From Leucoraja ocellata (Eukaryota): 64,000 nt of DNA. Below are positions 50,701 to 64,000 of the stretch, piece after piece. The position numbers were made by a program, and so were the translations under genes. The stretch spans positions 4,712,001-4,776,000 of the forward strand of contig JAWMAR010000115.1 of assembly GCA_036785375.1 (NCBI GenBank). The letters are read 5' to 3'. The notes beneath the pieces were generated by a model. The model had not been told where the DNA came from. It searched no databases and saw only the letters and a program-made list of their open reading frames with translations. The stretch's first letter is position 1; every line of letters starts with the position of its first letter.

Positions 50701-51589
50701 CTCCCAGTGTCTCAGTAAACAAATGTGCATGTGGAATGGTATAGAAGCTATATAGAATGTATATAGAAGAAACACGTTATTCTTAAATTTTGCCAATATG
50801 TTAAAACATTTAGTAAAGCTCGCAGATGTCAGCTATTTTTATGTGATCAGAAGTCAAGGCCCAAAAACATGTTATTGCTTAGTTTATTTTGCTTTAGCTT
50901 AAGAACAGCATGGCAACTCAGAGATTGGAGATAAAGGGCAAGGACAGTGAGAGGTTAAAGTTAGTAAAAACATGCATGCTAAGCAGCCAAAGATAAGAAC
51001 TGAAATTGTAATAAAACGCTGCTTGAAATTATGGATCAGAGAACATTTGGAGAGTGGGCAAGCTGTACTATCTCTGAATGTTCCAGGCCCAGGTTTGTGC
51101 AAATTAAAGGCTTCTCGTCTTCTTGAAGAATTCTCCGTGTCTGTGTCATCTTATCATTAATTTGAGTCTTGTAAACCATGACAATGGCCACAATGTTTGT
51201 GTGTCCAATCCAGAAAATACATGCCCTTTCTGCAAGGACAATCCGCACCCAGAAATGCTCGGTCACGTTAGCAGAGTGGCACAAATAGACCCGTAAACTC
51301 GTTATAATCCTGTTCAATCCTTACAAATGGTTTTATAAAATGTGAAAGTGCTCAGGAATATGATTGATTTTCACAATGCAAACTGCTTGATCATTGATCA
51401 TTAAGTTCCAAATTGTATACGGGTTATGAAAATATAAACAAACTTGGCTGGAGATGGCAAGCGAAGCTACAGTATGTGTCCTTACTGCAGCATGTGGGAG
51501 TTAGTGATCAGTGCAACTCTCTTCGGGATGTCCATGTCTGCATGAAAGGATTCTCGCTTCACTCGCTTGGGCTCCACATCAGTGATGTA

Positions 51590-54015
51590 GTCAACTATTT
51601 ACAATATATATTAATGATTTAGATGATGGAATTAAAAATAGCATTATCAAATTTGCAGATGACACAAAGCTGGGTGGCAGTGTGAACTGTGAAGAGGATG
51701 CTACAGTTGAGTGAATGGCAGATGCATGGCAGATGCAGTATAATGTAGATAAATGTGAGATTATCATGGTGGCAAGAACAAGGAGGCAGATTATTATCTC
51801 AATGGTGTCAGATTAGGAAAAAGAGAAGTGCAATGAGACCTGGGTGCCCTGTCCAAAACTCCCTGGAGGCAGGAACGGTCCCAGTGGATTGGAAAATGGC
51901 CAATGTAACACCTATATTTAAAAAAGGAAGTAAACAGAAGGCGGGTAACTATAGACCGGTTAGTCTAACATCGGTGGTGGGTAAAATGTTAGAGACAATT
52001 ATTAAAGAAACACTAACGGGGCACTTGGATAAACATGACTTCATCGGACAGAACCAGCATGGTTTTGTGAAGGGGAAGTCCTGTTTAACGAATCTGCTCG
52101 AATTCTTTGAGGAAGTAACAACCCGGGTGGATAAAGGGGAACCGGTGGATGTGGTATACTTGGACTTCCAAAAGGCTTTTGACAAGGTGCCACATAAGAG
52201 ACTATTGCTAAAAATAAAAAAAATATGGGATTGGGGGTAATATATTAGCATGGGTAGAGGATTGGCTAACAAATAGGAAGCAGAGAGTGGGGATAAATGG
52301 TTCATACTCGGGATGGCAACCGGTAACTAGCGGGGTTCCGCAAGGGTCGGTGCTGGGACCCCAGTTGTTCACAATTTATATAAATGATTTGGAGGAGGGA
52401 ACCAAGTGTAATATATCAAAATTTGCGGACGATACAAAAATGGGAGGAAAAGTAGGGGATGAGGAGGATAGGAAGAGTCTGCAAAAGGATATAGATAAGC
52501 TAGGTGAGTGGGCAACAACTTGGCAGATGAAATTTAATACTAATAAATGTGAAGTCATTCACTTTGGGAAAAAAAATGATAGGGCAAGTTATTTTCTAAA
52601 TGAGGAGGAGCTGCGTTGTAATGCAACGCAAAGGGATCTAGGGGTATTAGTACATGAATCACTGAAAGTTAGTATGCAGGTGCAGCAAGCAATCAGGAAG
52701 GCCAATGGAGTTTTGGCCTTTATTGCTGGGGGGATTGAGTATAAAAACACGGAGGTCTTGCTGCAGCTGTACACAGTATTAGTGAGACCACATTTGGAAT
52801 ACTGTGTACAGTTCTGGGGTCCTTGAGAAAGGATGTACTAGCCCTGGAGGCAGTGCAGCGAAGGTTTACAAGATTAATTCCTGCAATGAGGGGATTGACA
52901 TATGAGGAAAGGTTAAGTAGGCTGGAACTCTACTCTTTGGAGTTTAGAAGAATGAGAGGCGATCTCATTGAAACATATAAGATCGTGAGGGGCCTTGATC
53001 GGGTGGATGCACCGAGGATGTTCCCAATGATCGGGGAAACTAGAACTAGGGGACATAGTTGCAGAATAAGGGGGGGCTCTTTTAAAACTGAGATGAGGAA
53101 GAACTTCTTCACCCAGAGGGTGGTTAATTTATGGAATTCACTGCCCCAGGGAGCAGTGGAAGCAGAAACTTTAAATATATTTAAGACTAAAATAGATGTT
53201 TTTTTAGCTGCCAAGGGGATAAGGGGCTACGGGGAGAGGGCAGGGATATGGACCTAGGTATGGTTAGTATAGTAAGACCTGAGTGATCTCCTGGACAAGT
53301 GTCGATCGCCTGGATTGGGGTCGGAGAGGAATTTCCCGGATTTTTTTCCCGAATTGGACCTGGGTTTTTATCCGTTTTTTTGCCTCCCCCAGGAGATCAC
53401 GAGGTTCTTGGGGTGGAGAGGGGTGATAGCGGTATAAAGGGGAGGGTAGTGTCTTGTGTTCTGTGTCTTGTGTCTACTGTTTGTGGGTAAGTGTGTCTGT
53501 TTAGTGTTCAGCCATGAGCGAGTGGCGGTGCGGGCTCGACGGACCTGGTGGTCTACTCTCGCACCTACTTTCTATGTTTATGTTTCTATGTTTCTATGTA
53601 CACCAGTCACTGAAAGTAAACATGCAGGTACAGCAGGCAGTGAAGAAAGCTAATGGCAAGTTGGCCTTCATAATGAGATGATTTGAGTATAGGTCCCTTC
53701 TGCAGTTTTTTTTGCACAGTCTAAAAATAAAGGGGAGGCCATTTAAAACTGAGATTAGAAACAACTTTTTCACCCAGAGAGTTGTGAATCTGTGAAATTC
53801 TTTGCCACTGAAAGCAGTGGAGGCCAATTCACAGGACATTTTCAAGAGAGAGTTAGATTTAGCTCTTAGGGCTAACAGAGTCAATGGATATGGGGAGAAA
53901 GCAGGCACGGACTACTGATTGTGGATGATCAGCCATGATCACAATGAATGGCGGTGCGGGCTCGAAGGGCCAAATGGCCTCCTTCTTCCCTATTTTCTAT
54001 GTTTCTCTGTTTCTA
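51590..54015 (+). mobile_element. Older CR1 with a younger CR1 (about 51851-53598) inserted
   Basis: The inner copy has nearly continuous RT (51755-52240, 52287-52826, 52823-53257) and its own tail. The outer copy resumes at tacaccagtcactgaaag. Confidence 0.92.
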
Positions 54016-54332
54016 TGTCAGGTGAGATATGGGAACATGAGGTTAGTCACAAGAGGGAGAGGAGAAACTTGGATCATTTTAAACTGAACAATTTCACTCT
54101 GTGGATTTGACAAAAGTAAAGAAAAGAAGGTTGAGGTTGTTAGGAAGCTGGGTAGTAGGGATTTAAGAGAGATGGGAAGAGTTTCAATTGACACTGCTCC
54201 CTTTACAAGTATTGTGGTACGTCCAAAATTATAAAGTATTTGTAAGTATTTGAATATCATTAATCAAGCTGTACTTGATTTTACTTGTGTAGCATTTCTT
54301 TACTCATTCAGATATTCTCGACAATTTGAGCA

Positions 54333-54983
54333 TCATAGAAACATAAAAAAATATGTGCAGGAGGAGGCCATTCAGCCCTTCGAACCAGCACAGCCATTCA
54401 TTGTGATCATGGCTGGTCGTCCCCAATCAATAACCCGTGCCTGCCTTTTCCCCATATCACTTGATTCCACTAGCCCCAAGAGCTCAATCTAACTCTCTCT
54501 TAAATCCATCCAGTGATTTGGCCTCCACTGTCCTCTGTGGCAGGGAATTCCACAAGATCATAACTCTCTGGGTGAAAACGTTTTTTCTCACCTCAGTCTT
54601 AAATGGCCTCCCCTTTATTCTAAGTGTGGCCCCTCATCCTTCTAAACTCCAGTGAATACAAGCCTAGTATTTCAATCTTTCCTCAAATGACAGCCCCGCC
54701 ATCCCAGGGATCAATCTCGTGAACCTACGCTGCACTGCCTCAATCAAAACGATATCTTTCCTCAAATTATGAGACCAAAACTGTACACAATACTCCTGAT
54801 GTGGTCTTACCAGAGGCCTATACAACTGTAGAAGAATCTCCCTACTCTGATACTGAAATCCTTTTGTTATGAAGGCCAACAATCCATTAGCTTTCTTCAC
54901 TGCCTGCTGTACCTGCACACCAACTTTCAGTGACCAGTGCACAAGGACATCCAGGCCTCGCTGTACCTCCCCCTTACCTAACT
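54333..54983 (-). mobile_element. CR1 3' fragment
   Basis: [12 protein letters not shown]...[12 protein letters not shown] and a CR1 3'UTR. Confidence 0.88.
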
Positions 54984-56599
54984 GTCAAGGTTAGTGATTT
55001 CCCCCTCAAGACAATGCTTTCCTAAACCTTTCCGTTCCTTCCGGTGAAAGTACTCCAACAGTTATACTAGGTGGGGAGTTGCAGCATCAAGAAGCAGTAT
55101 CTATAAAGGAAAGGTGATTCATTTCTTGTTATCATGGGGCAAGCAATTCCTGACACCACAAAACCTCTCCATCAGTGGCAAGGCCCAATTCAGGAGTGTG
55201 CAATGCCTTGATGAATGAACCTCCAGCGATACTGAAGAAGCTCAACATCGTCCAGGACATAGCATGTCCCCATCTACTACTGTAATCTTCGTTGTTTCCA
55301 CCACTTGTGTACCGTGTCTTCGGTCTGAATCAACCACCGCAAGGTGTCTCAATGTTCATTGCCAAGTCCACTTCAATAACACCTCTCATATCAGTGATCC
55401 CATAAACCAAGAAAGACAATGTCAACAGGCCCATGGGATCACCACATGCTGTGGGTGCCTCTCCGGTCATGACTTGGAAATCCATTGCTGTTCCTTCATT
55501 CTTCTCAAGAGCACAGTGGGAGCATCGTTCACCGGCTAAATAAGGATGTTCACATCCTCATGGGCTAAAAATGGAAGCCTGAGCAGTGAGTCCCACATGT
55601 TAAACAATTGATTTCTAAGCAAACAATCTGGGTGGAATCAGAAAGGGCACCTCATCATCAGCTCAGCACTTAGTCTTGTCCGCATCGTGAGAAGAAATCT
55701 AATCAGTCTACTTCCTTGATCAGTGTTCACAACTCATTGCCCCCCATATTGTGTGCATTCTGCAGAGAAATAAAGTTCCTTTTTATTGCTGCTTCACCCT
55801 CTGTTTTGGTATTTTTCCCAGCTCCTGAATCTTTCTCTTCGTAATTAATTTCATCGCCCCTTGAAACTCACACAGTCGTCACTCTCACATTCTAAACACT
55901 GGGATCACCAACTGTCTACTCTAGTGCAAATGTCTCTGTTGGGGCACTTGCTGAGTTTCACAGCAGAAGTGAAAACTGGATGTAACACAGATCCTTCCTC
56001 TTTTACACTGACCTTATCTTCAGAAATACTTCTGTATTTCCCCTTTTCATTTAAAAATAATTCCTTATAATTCTATTTGTGTACTTTAAAAAAAATACTT
56101 TGAGAACTGACCATATCTGTGTGTGCTGAGGATGTATTTATTATAATGATAGTAACTAACAGAAAGAGTAATTCAAGTATCTTTGTCAGTGATTGGGATA
56201 AATTGTGGCAGATAATCTACAGTGTGGTACAAAAGAGAAGGTTTATTCCAAATAGTTTTTACTTAGTATTCAGCATTAAAGTCAATATTTATTATCCATC
56301 CCTAACTGCTTTGGAGAAGATGGTGGTGAGCTGCCTTCTTGAAGTTCTGCAATACTTTTGGTGAAGATGCACTCACACAGCTATCAGGACTTAGTCAGAG
56401 TCATGGAACCATAGAGTCGTACAGCACAGCTGCAACTCGTCCATGCTGATCAAGTTTCCTCATCAAATTTAATTCCATTTGCCGCTTATCGCTCTAAAAT
56501 GTTCCTTTCCATGAACCTGTCCAAGTGTCTTTTAATTGAAATTTTAGTATCTGCTTCAACTACCTTCTCTGGCAGCTCATCACATATACCTACTTCCCT

Positions 56600-58990
56600 T
56601 TATAGACAATAGGTGCAGGAGTAGCCCTTCAAGCCAGCACCTCCATTCAATATGATCATGGCTGATCATCTACAATCTGTACCCCGTTCCTGCCTTCTCC
56701 CCATATCCTCTGACTCCGCTATTTTTAAGCGCCCTATCTAGCTCTCTCTTGAAAGCATCCAGAGAACCTGCCTCCACCACCCTCTGAGGCAGAGAATTCC
56801 ACAGACTCACCACTGTGAGAAAAAGTGTTTCCTCGTCTCCATTCTAAATGACTTACTCCTTATTCTTAAACTGTGGCCCCTGGTTCTGGACTCCCCCAAC
56901 ATCGGGAACATGTTTCCTACCTCCAGCATGTCCAAACCCTTAACAAACCTATATGTTTCAATGTGATATACTCTCATCCTTCTAAACTCCAGAGTGTACA
57001 GGTCCCGCTGCTCCATTCTCTCAGCATATGACAGTCCCGCCATCCCGGGAATTAATCTTGTAAACCTACGCTGCACTCCCTCAATAGCAAGAATGTCCTT
57101 CCTGAAATTAGGGGACCAAAACTGCACACAATACTCCAGGTGTGGTCTCACTACGGCTCTGTGCAACTGCAGAAGGACCTATATTCGATTCCTCTTGTTT
57201 TAAAGGCCAACATTCCATTTGCTTTATTCACTTCCTGCTATACCTGCATGCTTACTCATAGACTGATGTATAAGGACCCCCAGATCCCGTTGTACTTCCA
57301 TTTTCCCAACGACGCCATTAAGATAGTAAACTGCTTTCCTGCTTTTGCTACCAAAGTGGATATCCTCACATTTATCCGCATTAAACTTCATCTGCCATGC
57401 ATCTGCCCACTCCCCCAACCTGTCCAAGCCACCCTGTATTCTCAAATTTGCTAATGTTACTTTGAATCCCTTCATCCAAATAATTGACGTATATTGTAAA
57501 TAGCTGCGTTCCAAGTACCGAGCCTTGCGGTACCCCACTAGTCACTGCCTGCCATTCTGAAAGGGACCCGTTAATCCCTACTCTTTGTTTCCTGTCTGCC
57601 AACCACTTATCTATCCATGTCAGCACTCTACCCCCGATACCATGTGCCCTAATTTTTCCCACTGATCTCCTATGTGGGACCTTATCAAATGTTTTCTGAA
57701 AGTCCAGGTACACTACATCTACTGGCTCTCCCTTGTCCATTTTCCTAGTTACATCTTCAAAAAATTCCAGAAGATTAGTCAAGCATGAATTCCCCTTCGT
57801 AAATCCATGCTGACTCAGACCGATCCTGTTACTGCTATCCAAATGTTCGGCTATCTCATCTTTTATAATTGACTCCAACATCTTCCCCACCACCAATGTC
57901 AGGCTAACTGGTTTTCTCTCTCCCACCTTTCTTAAAAAGTGGGATAACATTAGCTACCCTCCAATCCACACAAACTGATCCTGAGTCAATAGAACATTGG
58001 AAAATTATCACCAATACATCCACGATTTCTAGAGCCACTTCCTTAAGTACCCTGGGATGCAGACCATCAGGCTCTGGGGATTCATCAGCCTTCAGTCCCA
58101 TCAGTCTATCCAACACCATTTCCTGCCTAATGTGGATTTCCTTCAGTTCCTCCGTTACCCCGTTACCAGATTCTCTGGCCACTGCTATATCAGGAAGATT
58201 TTTTGTGTCCTCCTTAATGAAGACAGATCAAAAGTACCTGTTCAACTCATCTGCCATTTTCTTGTTCCCCAAAATAAATTCACCTTTTTCGGTCTTCAAG
58301 GGTCCAACTTTGGTGTTAACTAATTTTCTCTTCTTCACATACCTAAAGTAGCATTTACTACCCTGCTCTATATTCTTGGCTAGCTTACCTTCGTACGTCA
58401 TCTTTTCTTCCCGTATTGCCTTTTTGGTTATCTTCTGTTGTTCTTTAAACATTACCCAATCCTCTTGCTTCCCGCTCATCTTTGCTATGTTGTGCTTCTT
58501 CGGTTTAATTTTTATACTGTCCCTGATGTCCCTTGTCAGCCATGGTCATCCCTTTCTCCCCTTGGAATATTTCTTCCTCCTAGGAATGAACTGATCCTGC
58601 ACCTTCTGTATTATTCCTAGAAATACCTGCCATTTTTGTTCCACTGTTATCCCTGCTAGTGTATCTTTCCAGTCAACTTTGGCCAGCTCCTCCGTCATGG
58701 CCCCATAGCCCCCTTTATTCAACTGCAACACTGACGCCTCTGATCCATCCCTCTCCCTTTCCAATTGTAGATTAAACCTGGCCATGTTATGATCACTGCC
58801 TCCTAATGGATCATTATCCTCGAGGTCCTTTATCAAATCCGGTTCATTACATAACACTAAATCTAGAATTGTCTTATCCCTGGTAGGCTCCAATACAAGC
58901 TGTTCTAAGAATCTATCACAAAGGCACTCTTCAAAGTTCCCTTTCTTGGGGTCCAGTACCAATCTAATTTTCCCAGTCTACCTGCATACC
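56600..58990 (-). mobile_element. CR1 LINE (EN C-terminus, RT, 3'UTR), decayed
   Basis: [34 protein letters not shown] and HLEYCVQFW on -. Confidence 0.93.
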
Positions 58991-59142
58991 TACCCAGTTT
59001 CCTCATCAAACTTAGCTCCATTTGCCCCATATCTCTCTGAACCTTTCCTTTCCATGTACCTGTCCGTGTCTTTTAATGGAAAATTTAGTACCTGCTTCAA
59101 CTACCTCCTCTGGCAGCACATCACATATAACTACTACCCTTT

Positions 59143-59752
59143 ATAGACAAAAAGTGCATGAGTAGGCCATATGGCTCTTCAAGTCAGCACCGCCATTGTA
59201 TGTGATCATGGCTGATCATCCACAATCAGCACACCGTTCCTGCCTTCTCCCAATACCCCCTGACTCCGCTATCTTCGAGACTCTATCTAGCTCTCTCTTG
59301 AAAGCATCCAGCGAAGCGGCCTCCATCACCCTCTGAGGCAGAAAATTCCTCATATTCACAACCATCTCTGTGAAAATGTTTTCCTCATCTCCGTTCTCAA
59401 TGTCTTACCCCTTATTCTTAAACTGTGGTCCCTGGTTCTAGACTCTCCCAACATCGGGAACATGTTTCCTGCCTCTAGCGTGTCCAAACCCTTAATAATC
59501 TTATATGTTTCAATAAGATCGCCTCTCATCCTTCTAAATTCCAGAGTATACAAGCCCAGCTGCTCCATTCTCACAGCATATGACAGTCCCGCCATCCTGG
59601 GAATTAACCTTGTAAGCTGTACTCTCAATAGCAAGAATGTCCTTCCTCAAATTTGCAGACCAAAACTGCACACAATACTCCAGGTTTGGTCTCACAAGGG
59701 CCCTGCACAACTGCCGAAGGACCACTTTGCTTCTATTCTCAACTCCTCTTGT
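59143..59752 (-). mobile_element. CR1 3' fragment
   Basis: [12 protein letters not shown] and [13 protein letters not shown]. Confidence 0.88.
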
Positions 59753-61359
59753 TTGAATCCTTTACCCTTTGAATGTAAAGGATGCCCTTTGCGTTTATAT
59801 TAAACCTTATCCTCTCACTTCAAACCTGTGTCCACTGGTTCTTGATACCCCCACATTGGATAAAAGGCTCTGTTCATTCAGCATATCTATTCCCCTCAAT
59901 AATTCAACCATCTGGTATTAATCACCCCTCAGCCTCCTGCACTCCAAGGAATAAAGTCTGAGGGAGCACAATTTTTCAGGCCCATACAGTTGATCCAATA
60001 TTGGTCTCAAAAACACTTTCCCACTTTCCCCACATCTCCTGACTTCTGTAGAGATATAGTCAATCATCCTCTACCTTGAACGATGTCAATGTCTCAGCCT
60101 CTGCAGCTCCAAAAACTGTTTTGCCAGTCAGAGCAATATGGGATGACTTTGGTGTAATGACAAAAAATGGTCTTCAATGAGAACTGTGCAATGGTCTTCT
60201 GATTTCTGCCAAAGCCATGGTCAAAAGATTCACCTGTTGCAGGTGGACAGGAGAGGAGGAGGTCAAGTAGGCCAATCCCTTGTGTTGGCTCATTCTCTAC
60301 CTGCTGTAGAAAGAGCCTGGCAGACACATCCTTCAGGGTTTGGCCATCTCAGTGAGTGGTCGAGTGACCAAGCCACTCCCAATGATGGATCCCGAGATCC
60401 ACGCTCAGTGTACACTCTGTACTCGTTTTTTAATGTCATTCGAGATTTTGTTCAGCTGACCAATAATTCTGGGCATTTATTAGGACAGTGAAAGCCTCCC
60501 ATGGTGAAATCTGTGGGCTCGTTCCCATGAAGGGGCAAGTGAGGAAACATTATGTTCTTTCTCCTTTCACCAGGGCTAGTCCTCTCTCCGGGAATGGTTC
60601 AGTTTATCCTAATGGGTGCAATGGAATTGCCAGCATGTTTAATGAACACAACCCTCTATGGAGGTTTTTTCATCATAAAATGGCAGGACCTCGCTGGACT
60701 GCTTGTACTCTCTCGTGGAACATCAGGCCCACCAGAATTCAGCAAAGCACCTGGAGCTCTCCCATTTGAGATCCATTCGAAATGTTCAAAATCACAAAGG
60801 TGCAAGTTTGATTCCAGATGAAATGTCCTTGAGCTCAGAACTTTCCCATTTTAAACGTCTTTCTCTTTATTAGTTGTATAATTCTATATCTTAACCCATT
60901 TGTATCAACACCAGTGGTGCTGGAACCCTGAGCTGGAGGGGGAGTGCCATTTGGTTTGACAAGAGGCAGCGTCAGTTACTGTGCAGAGTGAGGGAACCTC
61001 AGCTTGTCCTGTGCTGGCTCAAAGCCACGTTGCTGCTTCTCCAGAATTCCAAACAAATTCCTCTGCAGAAGGTCGGTAAACTTCAGACATTATTCTTCAT
61101 TAGTAATAATAGATTAAATGAACGGGATTAAATGAATGAAATGTAGTTTGCAAATCTGATGTACTTGTTCAAATTTTATTTTTAAATGTGTTCTCCTATT
61201 GCAATGATGGTGTCTTGACTAAAAAGGGAACAAATTTTATTATTTTTGCTACATCCGACTGATTAAAATCTAAAATGGCGGTGTTTCTCTTGACTATTCG
61301 CATGCATTTTATTCTTTCCCACATTTCAAATTTCCTGTTTTCTACCTGCTGTAAGAAAC

Positions 61360-62784
61360 GATTTCAATATCTAACCTTGTTTGGTGTTTCTGTTTTCCAA
61401 AACAATGTTTTGATCTTTAAAAAAAAGTAATTGTTGGATTAATAATATTCATCTACAGACGCTGCCTGAGCCGCTAGTTCCTCCAGGAGTTTTTTTTTGC
61501 TTCTGGGACAAAAAGTGGATGTGTTGAATTTTCAGAAAGTCTTTGATAAAGTTGTGCATAAAAGATCAACAAGGAATATTAAAATATGTGAATTTGGCAA
61601 TGTTCCACTGGGATGGATTGAAAATTCTTTGGCAGGCTGGGTACCGAGACTTCTTTTGGGCAGCACATGGTGACTAATGAGCCGTCATTGAAACCTTTGT
61701 ATGAACTTGTTATTTTCAATGTACATTAATGATTTTGACAAGGAAGTAAATTTAAAATTTCAAAGTTTGATTACATGAAACTGAGAGTAATTAGGAGAAG
61801 CAAAGGATACAAAGAGATTTCTAGGTGATCTCAATCATTTGAGCTTGTGTCTAAATATACACACAGATGCGGCATAGAGTCATAGAGCTGTACAGCATGG
61901 AAATAGGCCCATCTGCCCAATGCATACATGCTGACCAAGTTATCTATCTGAGCCAGTCCCAACAGCCTGCACCTAACCAATGCCCCTCCATACATTTCCG
62001 ATCCATAATATTGTGGATAAACATGATGTTTTGTTGAAAAAGCTGAAAGACAGAACTATATGAATTGTGATCGATTCAGAAATATTGATAAAGGTATCTG
62101 AAGATATCTGCGTCTTTGTGCACTAGTCACTGAAAGCAGACATGTGATGCAGCACGCAGTATGTGGGCAAGTGATTTTTGTTTGTCTTCTCTTCTGGAGG
62201 TTTTGAGCACAGTAACAAGATGTCTTGTTGCCATATTACAGGATATTCTTGAGACCACCCCTTTGGTGTACTGTTTTGTTTTCCTTACCCGATAAAGGGT
62301 TTTCCTGCCACAGAAGGAATTCAGCCAAAGCTGACCAGACTGATTCTTGGAATGTCAAGGCTAACGTGTGAGGAGAGGAGGAGCCACTGGGCCAGTAGTC
62401 ACTGGCATTTCGTAGACATAAATGGGACCTCACTAAATCCAACAACATTCAGGCAGAGCTAGACAAACTCCATATGTAAGGATTTTTTTCAGCGACTGGA
62501 GGATCTAGAACAAGGGGTCGCAGACTTCAGACCTGAAGGGCTGAGATGTGGAAACATTTCATCATTCTGTATATAGTAAGCCTTTAAAATTCACCCCACG
62601 GAAAAAATGGTTGATGACAAGTAACTGAATCCAGGGAAATCTAGGGGATAGATTTTTTATTTTGACACAAATGGCATCAATGATTATAGGCACAGAATTG
62701 TAATATGTGATTGACAGAGAAGATTGTGTTGAATGACAGAACAGGCTTTAAGTGCCAAATAATCCACTCCTGCATGTTTCAATA
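61360..62784 (+). repeat. Diverged segmental duplicate of 9-520 plus 5730-6534 (upstream flank of the receptor gene)
   Basis: Colinear matches such as atttcaat..aacc..gtttggtgtttc..ttccaaaaca, gatgtgttgaattttcagaa, the shared embedded gtcatagagctgtacagcatggaaatag, ttcaccccac and caaataatccac. Confidence 0.85.
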
Positions 62785-63180
62785 AGTACGTAAGTAAGTT
62801 TATTGGCCAAGTATTTACATACAAGGAATTTGCCTTGGTACTCCACCCACAAGTAACAACATGACATACAGTGACAGTTACAAATGACTCAGGAAACAGT
62901 AAACATTAATAATAATTAAACATTAATGATAAAACACCATTGATCAAGCATATGGACCAACAAAATACCAGATCAAAGGCAGGCTAAAGATTTATGGCAG
63001 TTGAGTAGAGCAACTACTCGTGGATAAAAACTGTTTTTATATCAGGCTGTGGCAGCATTGCCAGTCCGGAGTAGCCTTCCAGAGGGAAGTGATTCAAAGA
63101 GTTTGTGGCCAGGTTGAGAGGGGTCAGAGATTATCTTGCCCGCAAACTTCCTGGCTCTTGCAGTGTACAGTTCAATAATC
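62785..63180 (-). mobile_element. Rex1/Babar-type LINE 3' fragment
   Basis: Same 3'UTR family as 34428-34790, with a (TTAC)n tail. Confidence 0.8.
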
Positions 63181-63184
63181 CACT

Positions 63185-64000
63185 AGGGGTGCCGCATTGA
63201 AGGCAGCCTCTGCCTACAGTCCATTTGTTTTTCAATCTTTTTAAAAAATGTTATTCAGTTTACAGTTTGTTTTGGGGAATCTTTAAATTTTCTATGCAGG
63301 GGAGGAGGGAAGGGTAAGGGGGGAACTGTTCCCCAGTCGCTTCCTGGCAAGGATCCAACTATTTCTCCGAGTCGCGTCCTCGCCCACCCCCCCCCCCCCC
63401 CCATCCCCCCTCCTCGTGGCCTACAACTACCTTTCCTGCTGGGGACCAGGAACCGGACCAGAGCTTCAACAGCGGTGGCGCAGAGCTGGATTCACTGCGG
63501 AGCAGGCGATGCCTACGTGGAACGCAGTTTGAAGCTCCGGAGCGTTGGGCCGCTACTCCAACATCGCTGAGTTGTGGTTTGGGAGAGCTTCCAGCGCGGG
63601 CGGTGCTGAACAACGTCGCAGAGTCCCTGTAGTCCTTTGCCAAGGGCCACCAGCGTTGCATCTCCGCCCAGCATGGCCTGAGGACTTTGGGAGCCGCGAA
63701 CTCCGGTAGAAGGTGCCCGACTCGGATGTCCAGGCCGCTGAGGAGTTCCTCCAGTCCCGATGTCGGAATGCCAACATCCCGGTGAGCGAGCCTGAATATC
63801 GGGCCGCCCGGAGCGGCGACAGCGGAGGCCCTGACCACGGGTGAACATCAGGAACACTAGAGGAAGATAACTGACTTTGGTCCCTTCCCTCACAGTGGGA
63901 AACATTTGATTCTGCTGGGTGGGGACGTTTTATGTTGAACTCTATCGTGTGTTGTATTCTTTATTTTTATTGTATGACTGTATGGCAATCACATTTCACT
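63185..64000 (+). mobile_element. GC-rich non-autonomous retroelement
   Basis: Short GC head, T-rich segment, GC-rich body and 3' tgtatgactg...caat..atttc tail, similar to the element at 39378-40312. Confidence 0.55.

Noticed and set aside
51036-51317. Minus-strand ORF with FWVRIV, resembling D3/D7 FSVRIV
   Set aside because: It has no DxGxYxC, B-strand Cys/Trp context or splice sites. A short coincidental match.

Overview
This is AT-rich, repeat-dense vertebrate DNA. The CR1/HER1-type LINEs with (TTTCTATG)n tails, V-SINE-like elements and Penelope ends suggest a cartilaginous fish, probably a skate or ray (inference). The one host gene I can reconstruct is a spliced, apparently intact immunoglobulin-superfamily type I receptor on the + strand (7822 to at least 36437). 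It has a signal peptide, eight Ig domains, a transmembrane exon and an ITIM-like mini-exon (IHYGSI). The eight domains are an internal duplication of a four-domain V-C2-V-C2 cassette, and all introns are phase 1. It resembles the CD4/LAG-3/G6F/DICP-type receptors (WxC motif in D4), but D1 and D5 lack the canonical disulfide, D1 is not intron-split and no Cx(C/H) Lck motif is seen. The terminal exon was not identified. A GATA + ETS-IRF + RUNX module upstream of the gene is duplicated into intron 1. The end of the window (about 61.36-62.78 kb) is a diverged copy of the gene's upstream flank, which suggests a tandem receptor cluster. The rest is transposons: a decayed L1, Penelope elements with hammerhead-ribozyme cores, a complete DIRS1-type retrotransposon nested in a CR1 with an L1 fragment inside it, many CR1s, Rex1/Babar fragments, Harbinger and hAT MITEs, and SINEs.
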